64,000 bases of DNA from an uncultured Thermoplasmatales archaeon (GCA_964581795.1 CAZOPW010000001.1:8359-72358); one strand, 5' to 3'. Counted from the first letter of the stretch, positions 19,933 to 29,001 are shown. The notes: generated by a model not told the origin, from the letters alone. Translations and numbers: made by a program.

Positions 19933-20677
19933 TATTATTGTAGTTTATAGATTTGATCAACGTATGTCATTGGTGTAGTAAACGAAATCACACCAGGTGA
20001 CCCAATCTCAGGAATCACACGACCAAACACATCTGTTCGTGGTGGAAGTTGTGCATCAAACAAATATGAAGTATTTGTACAAATATACAAAATCGCTTTA
20101 TCCCCACGATTCAACACGGGATTACTCGCAGTAATCGAACTATCTTCATCCTGCAACACACCAATCGCAAACGTTTCAGCACCAGTCGTATTCCAATGAT
20201 CTTCACCAATATCAAACATATCACCAGTCACATCACCAACAAAGGAAATATTGCCATCACCAGTATCTGTCGCATTAGTATAGTTATAACGTACCAATGA
20301 TTTTGTAGCACCGTTACTAATCAAGATATAAGTATTATTCAGATCGATATCATCCGAACCTGGTCGAACCTTCACCACAACAGCAAGCCGAGACAAATTC
20401 TCAAGCTCAGTACTATTGGATTCATTTCGAACCCATCCAGAAACCTCAAAAACAGAAATACCACTACTCACCTCTTTCCGAGTTTTCTGGCCAGTACTCA
20501 ACGCCTGAATCTGCACGGTATTGCTTGTAGAAACCAAAACCGATGCAGCAATACCTGCAACCAAAACCATTGCAATAAACACAATCATTGCACCAATACC
20601 AATAGCAGCTTCATGATCTCGAATAAAATTCTTAACAAACATTCTCATTTCTATTCACCTCCTTATTGCAACTCCAT
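19933..20677. repeat. 745-bp perfect direct repeat, copy 2
   Basis: Identical to 17274..18018; offset 2659 bp. Confidence 0.85.
19935..20648 (-). CDS. flaB: Archaellin (FlaB family), 237 aa, copy 2 of the identical pair
   Basis: Protein identical to the 17276..17989 ORF. Confidence 0.9.
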   Translation of the reverse strand: MRMFVKNFIRDHEAAIGIGAMIVFIAMVLVAGIAASVLVSTSNTVQIQALSTGQKTRKEVSSGISVFEVSGWVRNESNSTELENLSRLAVVVKVRPGSDDIDLNNTYILISNGATKSLVRYNYTNATDTGDGNISFVGDVTGDMFDIGEDHWNTTGAETFAIGVLQDEDSSITASNPVLNRGDKAILYICTNTSYLFDAQLPPRTDVFGRVIPEIGSPGVISFTTPMTYVDQIYKLQ

Positions 20678-21319
20678 CCAAGCATCAATGTATGATGCAG
20701 GAGTAGTAAAACCGACAATTCCTGCTGCACCTTCTTCACATATAACTAATCCAGATACATCAGTTCTTGGTAATAAACCACTGTTTACTGTAAAGACTGA
20801 ACTTGTATCAATGCCTAAAATAACGTGGTCTCCATCATTTATTACAGGTGTTGTACTTGTGCATGATTCATCAGCATCTTGCAAAACTGTAATTCCAAAC
20901 GCAGTTGAGGATCCCCAAGCTCCATTAGTAGATAGGTCTCCATCAATCGATGTTGAGTTTTTATAATCAGATCCATAACCGAGTACATATTTGTTTGTTG
21001 AATCGGATATTTCAATTATTGCCTGTTCTAAATCTATATCTGGAGCGCCTGCTTTTGGTCTAATTTCAATTGCCATTTTGGTAATTTTACCTGAAGCATT
21101 GTATCCTTCAACACCTTCAACAGTAATACCTGAGGATACTTCAGCGATTGTTTCTTGACCCGTTTTTAATGCTTGCATCTCTAAACGTGTACTTGTTTGC
21201 ACCAGCACCGATGCAGCAATTCCAGCAACAAGAACCATGGCGATAAAAATTATCATGGCTCCGATACCAATTGCTGCCATATTTTTTCTATTTGTAAGGT
21301 ATTTAGTCTTTCGTCCCAT
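20663..21319 (-). CDS. flaB: Archaellin (FlaB family), 218 aa, first gene of the array
   Basis: AAIGIGAMIIFIAMVLVAGIAASVLV N-terminus. Strong AGGAGGGGTAAT SD 12 nt upstream. TATA and hexamer array further upstream. Confidence 0.9.
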   Translation of the reverse strand: MGRKTKYLTNRKNMAAIGIGAMIIFIAMVLVAGIAASVLVQTSTRLEMQALKTGQETIAEVSSGITVEGVEGYNASGKITKMAIEIRPKAGAPDIDLEQAIIEISDSTNKYVLGYGSDYKNSTSIDGDLSTNGAWGSSTAFGITVLQDADESCTSTTPVINDGDHVILGIDTSSVFTVNSGLLPRTDVSGLVICEEGAAGIVGFTTPASYIDAWMELQ

Positions 21320-21408
21320 CCTTCTATTACCCCTCCTGACAGTTACACAATTGCAACCTTTCAGAGTGCTACCCCAATATTCCTCTCTGTTTTTATATAC
21401 TTTATTTG

Positions 21409-21438
21409 CATGTGAATATGCAGGTGAATGTGTAGGTG
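21409..21438. promoter_or_regulatory. Tandem hexamer array (CATGTG AATATG CAGGTG AATGTG TAGGTG) immediately upstream of TATA box of the archaellin array promoter
   Basis: Five consecutive 6-bp NANNTG units. TATA (TATATAAA on the gene strand, ~21393..21402) directly adjacent. Confidence 0.55.
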
Positions 21439-21583
21439 CCTATTCGATTGAGTGGCATGGTAATAATGAGGGCGCATACACAAAGTAATATTCAGTTCAA
21501 TAAATGAGAAAGTATGTTTTTCTTAAAGAAAATATTTTAATTTCAAATGAAATATTATTCAAATTGAATGAAATTCACTATTT

Positions 21584-22108
21584 TTATTTGAATATGTCCT
21601 TTTCCATTTTAGAAATCTGTTGTTCTAAATGCATAAGCTCTAAATCAACACCCATCTCTTTTAAAACATTTATAGATTCATCATCTAATTTTTGTGATAA
21701 CTCTTTTAAAAAAAAATGTCCTGCTTCATCGCCCAGGGAATTATTCAAATGAGTGATAATATCTTTTACCGCTGGACCCATTTTATTTATTTTCAATTCA
21801 TTTATATTACCCATGATGGTTATTGGTTCAGAATCTTCTAAATAAGTTGTGTCTTTCACTGTTATATTATCTAAAAATGAGTGTTGTTTTTTTAAATTAT
21901 TTAGTGTTGATCCCAATAAATAGACTGCATGGCTCTGTGTGGTCTTCCTTCCAGATATTAATAAAATCGTGTTTAAAACATCCTTAATAACTTTTATATT
22001 TTCCACCATATTTAGTCCCATTTCTTGATAATTATTTCTAATTGAATATCTGTAGAAATAAATATTGTTTTTCTTAAGAATAGAAATTGATTTTTTATAT
22101 TTTATCAT
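21584..22108 (-). CDS. Hypothetical cytoplasmic protein (174 aa) immediately upstream of the archaellin array
   Basis: Intact ORF; no recognisable motif. Confidence 0.35.
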   Translation of the reverse strand: MIKYKKSISILKKNNIYFYRYSIRNNYQEMGLNMVENIKVIKDVLNTILLISGRKTTQSHAVYLLGSTLNNLKKQHSFLDNITVKDTTYLEDSEPITIMGNINELKINKMGPAVKDIITHLNNSLGDEAGHFFLKELSQKLDDESINVLKEMGVDLELMHLEQQISKMEKDIFK

Positions 22109-22212
22109 TTTTCAATAATAAGGAATTTGGTTAGTATTTTATCAATTTCTTTTTTGTGTTTATTATAAATTATTAAATAATGGTAATACTATTTAGTCTT
22201 GGATGAGGTATT

Positions 22213-22656
22213 ATGGATGCAAAAAAGTATATCTTTGGAATAATGCTTATTATACTCTTCATTGCTTTCTCGGGTTGTGAGGAACAAGGAGTAACAACAC
22301 AACAATCATTTGATCATGTTCAATTCAACTCAGAAGTAGTGGATTTGGCATATGCTAACGTTACGTTTTTTGAAGAAAAGGAGTTTAATGACGAGATGGA
22401 GCCAATAATGGTAACAAAGGAAGTTGAGGTGAAATATCTTTTCCATAATAAATTGGATCGAACTATTAATGTAAGTGTCACAATTGAATTTTACTCTGAT
22501 CAAGACGAATTAATTTACCGAGTCGGGCCTCGAATAATTCATGGATTGTTAAAAGATTATACAGAAAAGCAATTCACAGATGTCAATATCGCCCGATGCA
22601 TTGGTGATAACGCAAATAATGTTTCATATGTTAAGATAATTGCATATGAAGTCTAA
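22213..22656 (+). CDS. Putative lipoprotein / secreted small protein
   Basis: Signal peptide followed by Cys (FIAFSGCEE), lipobox-like. Confidence 0.4.
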   Translation: MDAKKYIFGIMLIILFIAFSGCEEQGVTTQQSFDHVQFNSEVVDLAYANVTFFEEKEFNDEMEPIMVTKEVEVKYLFHNKLDRTINVSVTIEFYSDQDELIYRVGPRIIHGLLKDYTEKQFTDVNIARCIGDNANNVSYVKIIAYEV

Positions 22657-23180
22657 TCTCTATTTTTATTTTTTATGAAAATACCAATGATTAGCAAGAT
22701 CGACAATAGGTAAAATGGTTGAACGAACGGCGTATCATTAGATGAAGTATCTTCATATTCAATCGTTATTGTTTCTGTTCCAGAATTTGCATTTGTTTTT
22801 TGTATGCTAGTGTTGGTAGGACCGTAAGTTATAGTTAATATATGATTTCCTGTCCCAGAAAGAGGATATTCTTCGAATATAAATGTTTTTGTCTCCAAGG
22901 CATCGAATATATATTCCTCGGTTACGGAAAAATCTTCGTCATCAGTTAATTTTAGAGTTATTTGATCTGATGAAATATTTCCACGATTTGCCAAAGTAAC
23001 CATAATATCATATTTTACAACCAATTCTTGTCCAATAGTTTCTTCTTTAATTTTTGAATAATCAGTATTTACCAAGGTTAACTCATAATCCTGTGCCGAT
23101 ACTTGAAGGATCGTTATAAATAAAAGTAAACCAAGTGTTGATAAAATTAGACGTTTTAATATCTTATTTCTACCCCTCAT
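22653..23180 (-). CDS. Secreted protein with C-terminal TM anchor and basic tail
   Basis: N-terminal signal (LILSTLGLLLFITILQVSA); C-terminal hydrophobic helix + KNKNRD. Confidence 0.4.
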   Translation of the reverse strand: MRGRNKILKRLILSTLGLLLFITILQVSAQDYELTLVNTDYSKIKEETIGQELVVKYDIMVTLANRGNISSDQITLKLTDDEDFSVTEEYIFDALETKTFIFEEYPLSGTGNHILTITYGPTNTSIQKTNANSGTETITIEYEDTSSNDTPFVQPFYLLSILLIIGIFIKNKNRD

Positions 23181-23276
23181 CTCTATTCACCATTATTCTT
23201 TTGTTAGTGAACACTTAGAATGGAGGAGCATGTATTTAAGTAAGAGTATTTATTCATTTTATTGAGGTGAAATGAG

Positions 23277-23489
23277 ATGTTGAAATCACGCGGAATAAAA
23301 CGTGGTATAGAAGTATTTGTGAAAGATCCAGTTAATCCCAATGATCCTTTGAGAAAGGCCAGAGTGGTTAACACGTATCCTCATCCAAGTAGCTGGTTAG
23401 TTGTCCAATTTGAAAATGGTGAGATGAAAGAAGTTGACGAAAGTATGGTTACTACTATGTTTGAACGCAATCGAAAGTCCTATTTTTAA
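23277..23489 (+). CDS. Small hypothetical protein (70 aa)
   Basis: ATG ORF preceded by GAGGTGA SD-like sequence. Confidence 0.35.
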   Translation: MLKSRGIKRGIEVFVKDPVNPNDPLRKARVVNTYPHPSSWLVVQFENGEMKEVDESMVTTMFERNRKSYF

Positions 23490-23546
23490 TCGTGATATAT
23501 AAAATATTAAGTTATTTCATTGAATTATCAATCGCATAATTTTCCG

Positions 23547-23576
23547 TATATGCATGTGCATTTGTTGATGGATATG
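23547..23576. promoter_or_regulatory. Tandem hexamer array (TATATG CATGTG CATTTG TTGATG GATATG) followed by TATA-like TTATATATC
   Basis: Same repeat family; upstream of the 23763 ORF. Confidence 0.45.
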
Positions 23577-23762
23577 CAAGTTATATATCTGGTAATTATT
23601 TTTTGTGGGTTTATGTGTAATTATTGTGTAATACATTACACATCACTAATTTTTCAATTCTATAATTAGAGATAATAGTTTTATTTAGGCTTATGTTCCT
23701 TTCATAATAGTGGTATTTTTTCATTATGATCATTTTTTCAACAAGAATTAAAAAGAAGTAAT

Positions 23763-24251
23763 GTGGCAAACAATATCACGATGGAAGGAAAGAAGGATAT
23801 AACTAAGGCAATTACTAAGATACGAAGTCATCCTCATTTCCTTGTTTTTATGAGTATTTTAGTAATTAGTGTCTTAAGTAATAGTATTATGATATCATAT
23901 ATGGGAGTTTCCTCATTTATTGATTCATTATCTAATCCAGAAGAATATAAAATCATCAGTCACAAATATATATTAAACAAACAGCATGAAGCCGATAGAT
24001 TTTGTATTATCGCTCAAAAACAATCACAGACACTATCATCAATTAATACTTCAGACCAACTCTATATTCATTATAGCAATGATTGTTCTTCTTACTATTT
24101 ATTATCAAATCAATCAGAAAAACCAGATCAATCGCTCCAGATTGCGGGCAAAGTGGTTTCCATTATTGAATCTGATCCGCTATCTACTTTATCTTTTATA
24201 TGGTGGCAAAAAAGTATTCAGTTTATTGAAATTTTGAAAAGTAAAAAATAA
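23763..24251 (+). CDS. Small membrane protein (single TM), hypothetical
   Basis: GTG start in ORF track; alternative ATG at 23781. Hydrophobic helix FLVFMSILVISVLSNSIMI. Confidence 0.35.
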   Translation: MANNITMEGKKDITKAITKIRSHPHFLVFMSILVISVLSNSIMISYMGVSSFIDSLSNPEEYKIISHKYILNKQHEADRFCIIAQKQSQTLSSINTSDQLYIHYSNDCSSYYLLSNQSEKPDQSLQIAGKVVSIIESDPLSTLSFIWWQKSIQFIEILKSKK

Positions 24252-24283
24252 TTATATCAACATGTAAAAAATGAAGGAATAAA

Positions 24284-24994
24284 ATGAACCAAGCAACGAT
24301 GTTTATGTATCTCATTGCAATTATTTTTTTGCCCGTTGTTATTCTATTTTCATTATATTTGGTTTATATGTTAATTTTTAATTCGTTGACTTTTTCTTCC
24401 AAAACTTCAATGATGTTAACCATATTTATCATGTTGACCTCTTTTTCTCCATCCTTGCTTTTTCAACACGCTGATGGCATATTCTTGTTTTCAATTTCTT
24501 CATGGAATTTTTATATTCACCCAATTGGATTTCTATTGCCGGTTCTAATTTCTTGTTTATTAATTATGAAAACGAAAGTAAGTTGGCCGTTTTTATTGAG
24601 TAGCCTTATCCCTGTATCACTTACTGCTTATCTCATGACTACTCCAATTATTGAAAAAGGAATTGTATCCCCATTTCCCCTTTGGTTATTTCCACCCTTG
24701 GTTGCTGCTATAATATCGGTTTTAAATAAAGAAGTGCTCCAAAATAAACTATTTTTATATGCTTTTTCTCTTGGTGTTTTTGGCGTGATTATTGGAGCAG
24801 ATCTTGCACATTTACCGACCTTAATACAGCTCTCAACCTCATCATCGATGCATGCAACAATAGGAGGAGCGGGCAGTCTTGATCTCATTTTCTTAAGCGG
24901 TATTTTTTCCGTATTATTTTCAAAATTATTTTTACTTGGAAGAAAACTACTTCATTTTGAACAAATGAATAAAACAGAATATCTGCATATGTAA
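24284..24994 (+). CDS. Polytopic integral membrane protein (6-7 TM), function unknown
   Basis: Highly hydrophobic throughout. Contains GADL and GGAGSLD motifs, but these do not convincingly match prepilin-peptidase GxGD motifs. Confidence 0.4.
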   Translation: MNQATMFMYLIAIIFLPVVILFSLYLVYMLIFNSLTFSSKTSMMLTIFIMLTSFSPSLLFQHADGIFLFSISSWNFYIHPIGFLLPVLISCLLIMKTKVSWPFLLSSLIPVSLTAYLMTTPIIEKGIVSPFPLWLFPPLVAAIISVLNKEVLQNKLFLYAFSLGVFGVIIGADLAHLPTLIQLSTSSSMHATIGGAGSLDLIFLSGIFSVLFSKLFLLGRKLLHFEQMNKTEYLHM

Positions 24995-25034
24995 TTATTA
25001 ATGCGAGCAATAATGCAAATAATACTGTATATTG

Positions 25035-25076
25035 CAGGTGCATATGCAGGTGTATATGTTGATGCTTATTCAAGTG
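25035..25076. promoter_or_regulatory. Tandem hexamer array (CAGGTG CATATG CAGGTG TATATG TTGATG CTTATT CAAGTG) abutting TATA (AGTATAAATAA) of the wHTH regulator gene
   Basis: Best-conserved copy of the repeat family; ~45 nt upstream of the 25134 start. Confidence 0.55.
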
Positions 25077-25133
25077 GGGATTTAGTATAAATAATAGTAG
25101 TTTCATACATTACTAAAGCGGTGAGGGTTTGGG

Positions 25134-25478
25134 ATGCACGAGCCGGATAATGAAAATATTTCAGCAGAGGTAAAGCGCCCTTTGGTAGTTCGGGCGTTAC
25201 GCAGAAGTAACGTACGAAAAAAGATAGCAGAATATCTTTTTGATATTAGTCCAAGTTATAGTTATACTTCTGAAATAGCCTATCATGTAAAAACGACTCC
25301 AACTAATGTGATAGGAGCTATTAGAGGGATGAAATCACGATATCGAGAGGATGAGTCATTAATAGGACTTGATCTTATCGAAGAAAGGAAGGGCGGATCA
25401 AACATTAAACTCTATGGTCTTACTCCTTTTGGAAAAGAGATTCTAGAGTCAATGTTAAAGGAGAAAAATAATCGTTAA
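25134..25478 (+). CDS. Small winged-helix transcription regulator (114 aa)
   Basis: wHTH-like core (IAEYLFDISPSYSYTSEIAYHVKTTPTNVIGAIRGMKSRY). Positioned between the archaellin and che clusters, with the hexamer array in its own promoter. Confidence 0.55.
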   Translation: MHEPDNENISAEVKRPLVVRALRRSNVRKKIAEYLFDISPSYSYTSEIAYHVKTTPTNVIGAIRGMKSRYREDESLIGLDLIEERKGGSNIKLYGLTPFGKEILESMLKEKNNR

Positions 25479-25635
25479 AGATGGCTATTTTATACTGCCA
25501 TCGCTTTATTTTTAAAATAGAAATCCTCACTGCATTTTAAAATCAATGATTAAAAAAAGAAATATAAAAAAAGATGGTATGATACTTCTTGAGTAAGTCG
25601 TGTTGCATTATCCAAAAGAAGAGAAATATTTTTAT

Positions 25636-26481
25636 CTAGGGTTTTTGAAATACTCGTTCCCTAGAATTGTACGGTTGAAATTTCATTCTTGCCTCGCCGA
25701 CAAGCGTTTCGGTTTTCCCCATCACAAAGAAGCCTCCAGAGTTAAGTGCATTATAAAAATCCATATACAATATTTCTTGTAGAGACCGACTGAAATAAAT
25801 GACAACGTTTCTACAAAAGATAATATCGAAATTTTGTTTTTTCGGACCAGAAATTAGATCATGATATTGAAAAGAAACCAAATCTTTGACAACTGGTTTT
25901 ATTTGATAGTTATCTTGATTTATATCGAAAAAATTTTCTGGATTCTTTAAAAAAGAAAGTTGTTTTGACACATCAGTCTGACTAATTCCTTTTCGTGAAA
26001 AATAAGCTCCAGTTTTTGCTCGCTGCAGACAAGCCTGATCAATATCAGTAGCAACAATACTCACTTTTGACTTTGCTTTTCGTTCACCTAACAATTCAAT
26101 AAAAAGCATCGCAATACTGTATGCTTCCTTCCCATCTGATGAACCTGCACTCCATACTCGAACACGGTTTTTATGTTCAGAAATAGAGGGAATTATATCC
26201 TGCTGGATAAACTGGTAAACGCTTTGATCTCGAAAAAATTCAGTGACATTTATTGTTAAATCATTAAGTAACCGTTCTTGTTCCTTTGTATTCGTTTTTA
26301 ATAATTTCCAATACTCATGATAACTTTCTAAATTATAAGCTCTTAATCTTGCATTAAACCTTCTCCCTAAATAGGTATTCTTATATTGATCAGTATTAAA
26401 TCCAAGTAGGCTTTTTACGCCTTTTTTGAGTTCCTCAAAATCGGGAGGATACGTTCTTGTTTGTACCACGTTCTTATTCAC
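25636..26481 (-). CDS. cheR: Chemotaxis protein methyltransferase CheR
   Basis: SAM-MTase motif VWSAGSSDGKEAYSIAMLF; last gene of the che operon. Confidence 0.85.
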   Translation of the reverse strand: MNKNVVQTRTYPPDFEELKKGVKSLLGFNTDQYKNTYLGRRFNARLRAYNLESYHEYWKLLKTNTKEQERLLNDLTINVTEFFRDQSVYQFIQQDIIPSISEHKNRVRVWSAGSSDGKEAYSIAMLFIELLGERKAKSKVSIVATDIDQACLQRAKTGAYFSRKGISQTDVSKQLSFLKNPENFFDINQDNYQIKPVVKDLVSFQYHDLISGPKKQNFDIIFCRNVVIYFSRSLQEILYMDFYNALNSGGFFVMGKTETLVGEARMKFQPYNSRERVFQKP

Positions 26482-26499
26482 CTTTTCATTCTTTTAAAG

Positions 26500-27015
26500 T
26501 TAAATGACTTTAATATTCGGTCCTTCTCCACCTTTTTTCACCATGCGAATGTGTAATTCTTCATTATTTGGATAAAATGTTATTGTTCGACCTCGATCTC
26601 CGCCTACATCCTTTCCAACAATTCGGATATGATGTTGTTTAAGAATCTGTTGAACCGCTTCAGCATTTCTTTTGCCAATCTGCAAGGAGTCATCTTTGAA
26701 AGTAAATAGACTCGCTCCACCAGCAATTTTTGCTTTACAATTGTGTGTATTACAACCTTTCTTTTTCATTTCATCAAGTAATGCTGGAATAGCTGTATCG
26801 GCATATTTGCCGATCCTGTCTTTTTTTGTTCCCATAGTGGGAAGCATTATGTGCGAAAGACCTGCAATTTTTTGTTTGGAATCATAAATGACAATACCTA
26901 TACAACTACCTAACCCTACTGTTGATAAGGGAGAACCATTATCAGATACCGCATAATCACCAATCCCAATGATAACATTTTCCTGCATACTTACTATCCT
27001 TCCAAGATGGTACAA
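26500..27015 (-). CDS. cheD: Chemoreceptor glutamine deamidase CheD
   Basis: GLGSCIGIVIYD motif typical of CheD. Confidence 0.85.
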   Translation of the reverse strand: MYHLGRIVSMQENVIIGIGDYAVSDNGSPLSTVGLGSCIGIVIYDSKQKIAGLSHIMLPTMGTKKDRIGKYADTAIPALLDEMKKKGCNTHNCKAKIAGGASLFTFKDDSLQIGKRNAEAVQQILKQHHIRIVGKDVGGDRGRTITFYPNNEELHIRMVKKGGEGPNIKVI

Positions 27016-27027
27016 TTTTCTTAATGT

Positions 27028-27705
27028 CTATTCAGATAATGAATTGACATATGCATCTACTTCCACATCATTTGTTTTTCCAAATGATGCAATCAATCGA
27101 TCATACAAAATATCCAATGATTGTGGTGACGGAAGTAAAATGAAATATGAAGTAAACTGATTTTTTTTCCCTCGAAACTGTGTATCAAAAATTAATGCGT
27201 GAGATGTTTCTTTTCCAATGATATTAGTGATTTGATCAATAAAGACATCAGGGACTTCTTCAGAATAATGAGGTGGTGACAGCATAATAGAAGTATCAAG
27301 GAAAGTACTCAGGGCATTTGTATAAGCTGAAACAACGACATTTCCCACTTCTGTTATCGCAGATTCGCTCATTTCATTTAATTCAGTTGAAGTACCTATC
27401 GGTTGAAACATAAGCAAATCTGAAAGAATTAACGCACTTTTATAAGGAAATAAAAACAAAATACTTCCAAGAAATTTATCTGTTAATTCCAAGTAAACAC
27501 CGACAAGTTTATTATCATCACCTGAGATTTTTCTAATGCTTTGTTTTAAATCTGGAATTTTTTGTACAAAAATTTGAGGGACATTAATTTCAACTTCTTG
27601 ATTAATCATTTGGGAGACCGCAGTTGCAGCATGAGAGCAGCCAATATTACCTGTTTCTTGTAATGCATCAAGTTGTGTTTCATTTAGTAAGTGGAGTTGT
27701 TTCAT
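27028..27705 (-). CDS. cheC: CheC-family CheY-P phosphatase (paralog 3)
   Basis: NIGCSHAATAVSQMI motif; ~210-225 aa; tandem with two further CheC genes. Confidence 0.8.
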   Translation of the reverse strand: MKQLHLLNETQLDALQETGNIGCSHAATAVSQMINQEVEINVPQIFVQKIPDLKQSIRKISGDDNKLVGVYLELTDKFLGSILFLFPYKSALILSDLLMFQPIGTSTELNEMSESAITEVGNVVVSAYTNALSTFLDTSIMLSPPHYSEEVPDVFIDQITNIIGKETSHALIFDTQFRGKKNQFTSYFILLPSPQSLDILYDRLIASFGKTNDVEVDAYVNSLSE

Positions 27706-27752
27706 TTATCTTACCATCCTATCCTAATTTAACTTATTACCATATATTATGT

Positions 27753-28367
27753 TCAATCCATGCCGAGCTTATGTAGCATAAGATCAATCGTTTTCGGTTC
27801 TGGAATAAGAAACATATTCACATCAAAAGTATTCTTACCTTCTTCAGATACCGCAGTTTCAAATAGCAAAACTGTATCAGCAACCGATCCAACTTTAATT
27901 AATGCATAATCAAGAATTGCTGCAGGCATATCAAAAGCAATTACAGGAGGACCTGGTACCATTGATACATTAATTAGTTCAGTTATACTATCAAAAAATG
28001 AACTCATCATCACATTACTGACCTCCATTAATGCTGACTCTTCCATCTCTGAAAAACTATCTCGCATTCCTTCAGGTTGATTAAGTAACAGATTAGAAAG
28101 ATAAAACGCACTCTTTTTAGAAAGAAGTACCATAACATACAACGGTGTTTCCTCTGCCATCTGTAAAAAAACACCAATAACGGGGTCTGTCTGAGGAACA
28201 GTTTCAACGCTTTTTTCAAGTGGAACAACATCAATACGTGGAATTCCCACTTGTATCGGCTTGCTTACCATTTTGGATAGAGCTGTCGCTGCGTGAGAAG
28301 CACCTATATTAGCTACTTCTTGCAAAGCATCCCGTTGCATTTCATTTAGAGTCAATGTTTCAATCAT
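27753..28367 (-). CDS. cheC: CheC-family phosphatase (paralog 2)
   Basis: ANIGASHAATALSKMV motif. Confidence 0.8.
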   Translation of the reverse strand: MIETLTLNEMQRDALQEVANIGASHAATALSKMVSKPIQVGIPRIDVVPLEKSVETVPQTDPVIGVFLQMAEETPLYVMVLLSKKSAFYLSNLLLNQPEGMRDSFSEMEESALMEVSNVMMSSFFDSITELINVSMVPGPPVIAFDMPAAILDYALIKVGSVADTVLLFETAVSEEGKNTFDVNMFLIPEPKTIDLMLHKLGMD

Positions 28368-28386
28368 CTTTTTCCCTTCAAATAAA

Positions 28387-29001
28387 TTATTTTAAACCCA
28401 TACGTTTAAGTAGTGTATTTACTGAATCTGGCTCAGGTAACAAAAACATGTGAATTTCGAAATTATGATCTTTTTCCTCTTTTAAATCAACATTAAACAA
28501 AAACACATCATTTGATACCTCTCCGATTTGAATAAGGACATAATCAAGAACAGCTTCAGGAATATCATACGCTAAATGAGGCGGACCAGGTACAACACTC
28601 ATGCCTAATAATGCAGATATACTATCAAAAAATGAACAGATCATCACATTTGCTACTTCAGATAATGCAGACATATCCATTTCAGAGAGCACCCGTTCAC
28701 CAGAATGTATCTGTTCTCCTAAAAGTAAATCAGCAAGTGCAAATGCGCTCTTTCTTGGAATTAACATCATCACATAGGATGGTATTTCATCAGATATTTT
28801 TAAAAAAATACCTACAACGATTTGTTCATTTTGAATATACGTTCCTGCTTCAGCTAACGGAATAACCTCTACATGAGGGATTCCCATTTTTACTTCACGA
28901 TTAATCATTTGAGACAATGCAGTAGACGCATGACCTGCGCCAATGTTTGCCAGCTCTTGCAATCCATCCTTTTGTGTTGTATCTAATGTAATTTTTTTCA
29001 T
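28387..29001 (-). CDS. cheC: CheC-family phosphatase (paralog 1)
   Basis: ANIGAGHASTALSQMI motif. Confidence 0.8.
   Translation of the reverse strand: MKKITLDTTQKDGLQELANIGAGHASTALSQMINREVKMGIPHVEVIPLAEAGTYIQNEQIVVGIFLKISDEIPSYVMMLIPRKSAFALADLLLGEQIHSGERVLSEMDMSALSEVANVMICSFFDSISALLGMSVVPGPPHLAYDIPEAVLDYVLIQIGEVSNDVFLFNVDLKEEKDHNFEIHMFLLPEPDSVNTLLKRMGLK

Noticed and set aside
23625-23645. Imperfect palindrome TGTAATACATTACA in the long leader of the 23763 gene as an operator
   Set aside because: Single occurrence, one mismatch, and the AT-rich context makes such near-palindromes likely by chance.
24284-24994. 236-aa polytopic membrane protein as the preflagellin peptidase FlaK/PibD or an archaeosortase
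   Set aside because: Size and location fit. However, the Asp-containing motifs (QHADG, IGADL, GGAGSLD) do not convincingly match the GxGD / N-terminal Asp pattern of A24 peptidases. No Cys/Arg archaeosortase signature could be aligned by eye. Left as unknown membrane protein.
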